A stretch of 60,993 nt of DNA from a virus (lineage: Duplodnaviria > Caudoviricetes), in IMG/VR virus record IMGVR_UViG_3300033516_000069, positions 1 through 60,993 of that record; one strand, given 5' to 3'. Positions 57,094 through 60,993 of the stretch are shown one piece after another. Position numbers and translations under genes: made by a program. Every line of letters starts with the position of its first letter. Positions within the stretch are counted from its first letter, which is position 1. A model generated the notes under the pieces. The model made no database searches. It saw only the letters and a list, made by a program, of their open reading frames with translations, and had not been told where the DNA came from.

Positions 57094-58566
57094 TCAACCA
57101 GAATTAGGTTGATTTTCTATAAAGTTCTTCTCCGTACCACTTTTAGCGAACTGTTTTGGTGTGACGACACTTTCTGCGTCACTTGTCGGAGGTGTTACTT
57201 GGGGTGGCGGCTGAGAAGATGCACTGCCTAGCATAACCGCCCCACCTACATTTACGACCGTTCCTGCTAAATCAATTACCGAAGCAGTCTGTTGAAGCCC
57301 CGCACCAGCATTTATTCTAGTTACGGCATCACTGGAGATACTATACATTGCCTTTGCTTTACCAACATATGTTGTACTTAACATTGTTTGTTGTAATGCT
57401 GCCTCAAATATTTGACTTGTGGTGGCTTTTATGTGGAGGTCCAATGACTTGAACTTAGCAGCCATCTTAACTGCTACGTCGTAGACTCCCTTTACACCAA
57501 GATCATAGTTCCCATCAACCTTACCAAGCATATTACCTTCTGCGTGATATTGAATAGCACCCTTAGCATGAATGTTTATATTCTTTCCCGCGTCAATATT
57601 GATTGTCGAGTCAGATATAAGATCGATATCTTTACCAGCACGAATACCAACATTACCTTTTACATTTATCTGGGCGTCCCCGTCTACTTGTATATAGTGG
57701 CTCTTCTTAACATATATGTCAAAATCTCCTCCTATATGAAGCTCAAAATTATTAGCTACTGCTTGCTCTAAGTCATTTGCTTTACCATCTGTGTGACCAA
57801 CAACTACTTTACGTTGTCCTTTATCATCGGTGTACTCCATGTACCCTTTATGTATTATATAAGTTCTTTCATGATCATGTTCGTTTACCACAATGTATGT
57901 TACGCCACCAGGACTTGTCCAACTGGACATGTTATAATTTTTTACATCACTAATTGGCTGAACGACAAGCTTAGGTTTTTTTATAGTAGTTTCTACTTTG
58001 GCTTCAGATGAACAACTTGCTCCTTTATATGACTTTGTATCGGGGATGAAAATGTTTTTAATATTCGATATGTCTGATGTTTTTAATTTTATGTCCTTTT
58101 CAAGTTTCTTCTTTTGCTCTTCCCAGTCCTTGCCTTTAACGGCAGAACCCCAATATTGTGGGCGACCATGGTAATTACAATCAAAAAATACCCAAACCTG
58201 TGTTCCTTTGCGGGGGACTACAAAGAATCCTCCACTTCCTTCCTTTAACATAACCGAATCTTGAAATTTTTCGGTGAATCCTTCTGTATCTCTTTTTGGA
58301 GGGGTAAATTTATCCCCGGCAGAAGAATATCTATCGGAATCTTTTTCTTTTTTACATTTTAGATTTTGTCCACCAGAAAAATAAATGGATAATGCTGGCT
58401 CAGCCCATGGTAAATGATTTACTGGAGTTAAATCTGTATCAAGAGAATGTATGCCTATGACACGAACTCGTACTCTACCGAGGTCTAAAGGATCTTCATT
58501 ATCCTCTACGATTGCTCGGTAGTTTCCTGGGAATTCAAACTTATTTGTATCTGGTAGCTGATCCAT
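57094..58566 (-). CDS. baseplate hub/central spike, T4 gp5-like (OB fold + beta helix, no lysozyme)
   Basis: VEDNEDPLDLGRVRVRVIGIH..LPWA..P.KGTQVWVFF; V.G repeats. Confidence 0.92.
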   Translation of the reverse strand: MDQLPDTNKFEFPGNYRAIVEDNEDPLDLGRVRVRVIGIHSLDTDLTPVNHLPWAEPALSIYFSGGQNLKCKKEKDSDRYSSAGDKFTPPKRDTEGFTEKFQDSVMLKEGSGGFFVVPRKGTQVWVFFDCNYHGRPQYWGSAVKGKDWEEQKKKLEKDIKLKTSDISNIKNIFIPDTKSYKGASCSSEAKVETTIKKPKLVVQPISDVKNYNMSSWTSPGGVTYIVVNEHDHERTYIIHKGYMEYTDDKGQRKVVVGHTDGKANDLEQAVANNFELHIGGDFDIYVKKSHYIQVDGDAQINVKGNVGIRAGKDIDLISDSTINIDAGKNINIHAKGAIQYHAEGNMLGKVDGNYDLGVKGVYDVAVKMAAKFKSLDLHIKATTSQIFEAALQQTMLSTTYVGKAKAMYSISSDAVTRINAGAGLQQTASVIDLAGTVVNVGGAVMLGSASSQPPPQVTPPTSDAESVVTPKQFAKSGTEKNFIENQPNSG

Positions 58567-58569
58567 AAG

Positions 58570-59055
58570 TTAGTAAAAGAGAACGAACCAGACATCCTTT
58601 CCATCGGCTTCGCCAGGAATAACCTGCAATCCACGGAATACCCAGCGTTCAGCCTTTACTGTTTCGAAAAGCTTCTTATAAGCTTCTGGCGTTGCGTCAA
58701 TAGAAATTGTCTCGCCAATCTTAACATTGGGTGGTTGTTGCGGAGGTGGCTGCGGCTGAACCCGCTGTGGAATACCTGGGGTTCCTGGTGCAGCCACCTT
58801 CGCGGTAGGAACTGGTGCTGTCTGCTTCAATTTTTCAAAAGTCTCGTTAAATGTATTTATAAGTTCACGGGTCTTATCTTCGTTCCTATTAGTCCAATCG
58901 ACAATGGCTCCTTTACAGGAACAGTTTGGGTTGGTAAAGAAAGAATAAATCTTATCAACAATATCTTCGGCAACTGTGCCGAATTTATTTCTAAATGCTT
59001 TGTCCTCGCGGGTAGCGCGAAGAATAAGAGCTGTCTCTTCTGGGGTAAATGGCAT
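58570..59055 (-). CDS. hypothetical protein
   Basis: AGGAG RBS; NPNCSC motif. Confidence 0.75.
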   Translation of the reverse strand: MPFTPEETALILRATREDKAFRNKFGTVAEDIVDKIYSFFTNPNCSCKGAIVDWTNRNEDKTRELINTFNETFEKLKQTAPVPTAKVAAPGTPGIPQRVQPQPPPQQPPNVKIGETISIDATPEAYKKLFETVKAERWVFRGLQVIPGEADGKDVWFVLFY

Positions 59056-59068
59056 AGATTGAATCTCC

Positions 59069-59365
59069 TTAATCTTCTGTTAAAATGTTGTTCTTAAATA
59101 GTATACCACATATGGCGTAATTTATAACACCAGCAGCAGCGTTAGAAGCTATGAATGGTAATAATCCGATAAATGGGTTAAAAAATAAACTTACAAATAC
59201 GCCTACCCAAAATGAAGCACATACTGCACATAATAAAGCATCGCGTATCAATGGTATATTTAGAACAACCTTGCGCCTGATGTACCCACAAATTTTTGAA
59301 TTGCTCCAAAGTTGAGATACGCTTATAGCTATTAATAGAAATAAAAGTAAATTGATAAGAACCAT
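59069..59365 (-). CDS. membrane protein (DUF1360-like, CxxCxxFW)
   Basis: LLCAVCASFWVG, TM segments. Confidence 0.7.
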   Translation of the reverse strand: MVLINLLLFLLIAISVSQLWSNSKICGYIRRKVVLNIPLIRDALLCAVCASFWVGVFVSLFFNPFIGLLPFIASNAAAGVINYAICGILFKNNILTED

Positions 59366-59380
59366 AAACTATTATAACAA

Positions 59381-59409
59381 GAAAGCCTCCTTTTTTAGAG
59401 GAGGCTTTC
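59381..59409. terminator. intrinsic terminator
   Basis: GAAAGCCTCCT/AGGAGGCTTTC. Confidence 0.75.
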
Positions 59410-59431
59410 AAGTTCACTAAATCGTTTTCGA

Positions 59432-59620
59432 TCAGGCGCGGACAGCTACCCCGCCATAGCGGTTAGCGACACGGATCGCAACATCCTTTGGAAGCTTGGT
59501 CGCGGCTGCGCGATTCTTCTCCCATCGAAAGTTGTATCCAGGGATGCGATTAGCACGTTCGGTGAGATAAGCTCCTCCGGTCGTGCGGGCGTATACGATA
59601 TAAGCGTTTCTACTACGCAT
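59432..59620 (-). CDS. small basic hypothetical protein
   Basis: AAGGAG RBS, own terminator. Confidence 0.65.
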   Translation of the reverse strand: MRSRNAYIVYARTTGGAYLTERANRIPGYNFRWEKNRAAATKLPKDVAIRVANRYGGVAVRA

Positions 59621-59702
59621 AGTTTTGTCTCCTTGAACTCTTTGTTTATTAAGTTCTTATATATTCATTATATTAGGCATCATTAAAGAGTCAATACCCT
59701 AT

Positions 59703-60485
59703 TTAACAGTCGCCTTTCCCGTCACAATCCTTCGACTTATAATAGTCGCAATACTTACACAAAGGTCCGGTTTTCTTGCGCCATTTCTCAATATCTTCTG
59801 TACCCAGTCGATCATACGCAGCTATCAATGCTTCAATACGCGAGATAGCAGACATTACATCATCCTTTTCAATCGTATACTTAGATACATATAGAAGCTC
59901 ATCCTTCTGATCTGCACAAAGGTATACGATTTCGGCATCTAAACTTTCCACTTGCACTAAATCTATAATTTCTAATAGAAACTTATAGAATGAAAGCTGA
60001 AACGAGTGATCTTTTTCGGCTTTCGAAGTTTTCCAGTCGATGACTTTAATCTTGTTTCCACGGGCATGAATTACGTCTATTTTACCAGTAAGAAAAAATT
60101 TTCCCCTATAATGGAACTCTACTTTACGTTCTCTATCAACTACATCGTCTCTTTTGAAGTTCTGACTGCAATAGATAAACAGGTTCTTAATAGCCGGAAT
60201 AAGCTTAAGTCGATACTTCTCAGTCAACTCGTAAAATTTAAGTTTTTCGGAAACTAGTTCCTTGAATTCTTTTAATGTACAACCGTCTTTGAAGTTTTCG
60301 GCAATATCATGAACAAGATTACCAAATTCGGTAAACTCTGGTTCCTCTACCTCTGGATAAAGTTTCTTTATATATCTAAAAAACCATCTGCGAGGGCATT
60401 GTTCGTAAGTGGAAACACTTGACGGACTTAGCTTTATATGTTTGGTTTTGTCGTAGGTGAGTGTTGGGTCGTTTGATAGTTGCAT
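59703..60485 (-). CDS. Cas4/RecB-like PD-(D/E)xK exonuclease
   Basis: SPSS..YEQCP, G..VH, GKID, DWKT, Q..FY, C.YC.Y...C. Confidence 0.9.
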   Translation of the reverse strand: MQLSNDPTLTYDKTKHIKLSPSSVSTYEQCPRRWFFRYIKKLYPEVEEPEFTEFGNLVHDIAENFKDGCTLKEFKELVSEKLKFYELTEKYRLKLIPAIKNLFIYCSQNFKRDDVVDRERKVEFHYRGKFFLTGKIDVIHARGNKIKVIDWKTSKAEKDHSFQLSFYKFLLEIIDLVQVESLDAEIVYLCADQKDELLYVSKYTIEKDDVMSAISRIEALIAAYDRLGTEDIEKWRKKTGPLCKYCDYYKSKDCDGKGDC

Positions 60486-60486
60486 C

Positions 60487-60732
60487 TTAATAGTCTATTA
60501 TATAGACTGCGATACCATAATCAAGCAAATCTATAAAATCTTCACAAAATAAATTTGAGCGCATGATAATAGTGTCTCTCTCAAAGCTTCCAACTTCGTC
60601 ATATTTATCGTCTTTTACGGGGAAAAAAGTTGTCCCTGAGATAACGCTTATCTTTTTAGCGACCTTAACGGGGTCTTGGTCAACTTGAAAGAACCCGACT
60701 GTATTATCATCGTCGCTAAAATAATGAATCAT
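60487..60732 (-). CDS. hypothetical protein
   Basis: AAGGA RBS; coupled to nuclease gene. Confidence 0.65.
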   Translation of the reverse strand: MIHYFSDDDNTVGFFQVDQDPVKVAKKISVISGTTFFPVKDDKYDEVGSFERDTIIMRSNLFCEDFIDLLDYGIAVYIIDY

Positions 60733-60993
60733 TGTTAGTTGTCCTTTTCGTTCTATTTATTAACTAATTATATCATTCAATATGTTATTTTCTTCTTTAA
60801 ATCTTACATCTTCGTCAAGAACAAACCATCCACTCCAAAATCCATCAGGACTTGTACAGAAAATACCTTGTTTTCCGCTAGGGGTGATGTTCAGTGGTCT
60901 ACCAAAATCATCGTACTCAATAAGAATCATCCTGTTGCCGTAGTGGGCTAATATAGCGATTACTCGCGCATTTAGCCCAACTAAAGCAACAGG

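Noticed and set aside
31792-58566. Diversity-generating retroelement or invertible tail-fibre cassette
   Set aside because: No reverse transcriptase, invertase or nucleotide-level TR/VR repeat noticed; repeated domains are similar only at protein level
1-60993. Stop-codon reassignment
   Set aside because: Genes are densely packed and full-length under code 11, TAG and TGA end plausible genes, and no suppressor tRNA is seen here

Overview
Segment of a large, AT-rich tailed phage genome (T4-like jumbo myovirus: gp5-, gp25- and gp6-like baseplate genes and many TATAAATA late promoters), read with the standard genetic code. 1-5.1 kb: end of a dense + strand tRNA array (24 tRNA genes read by hand, all with encoded CCA). 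The array also carries a complete RNase P RNA gene, at least four tRNA-mimic ncRNAs (a circularly permuted YrlA/Y-RNA-like element, an acceptor-less tRNA body on a helix with a Ro60-type motif, and a duplicated ~160-nt structured RNA), further structured spacers and an HNH homing endonuclease, and is followed by a Pth2-type peptidyl-tRNA hydrolase. 5-32 kb (mostly +): nucleotide-metabolism and accessory genes, three more homing endonucleases, late-promoter-driven probable head proteins, a Planctomycete-type membrane-anchored prenyltransferase/squalene-oxidase-repeat protein (host clue), a catalytically eroded CCA-adding-enzyme homologue, a metallopeptidase-vWA + MoxR AAA operon and a ClpP homologue. 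32-61 kb (-): very large baseplate/tail-appendage module with a dispersed ~65-aa repeated domain and poly-Ser tracts, then a Cas4-like nuclease. The best candidate for a new system is the RNase P RNA + tRNA + tRNA-mimic cluster. All calls come from visual motif recognition; no searches were run.
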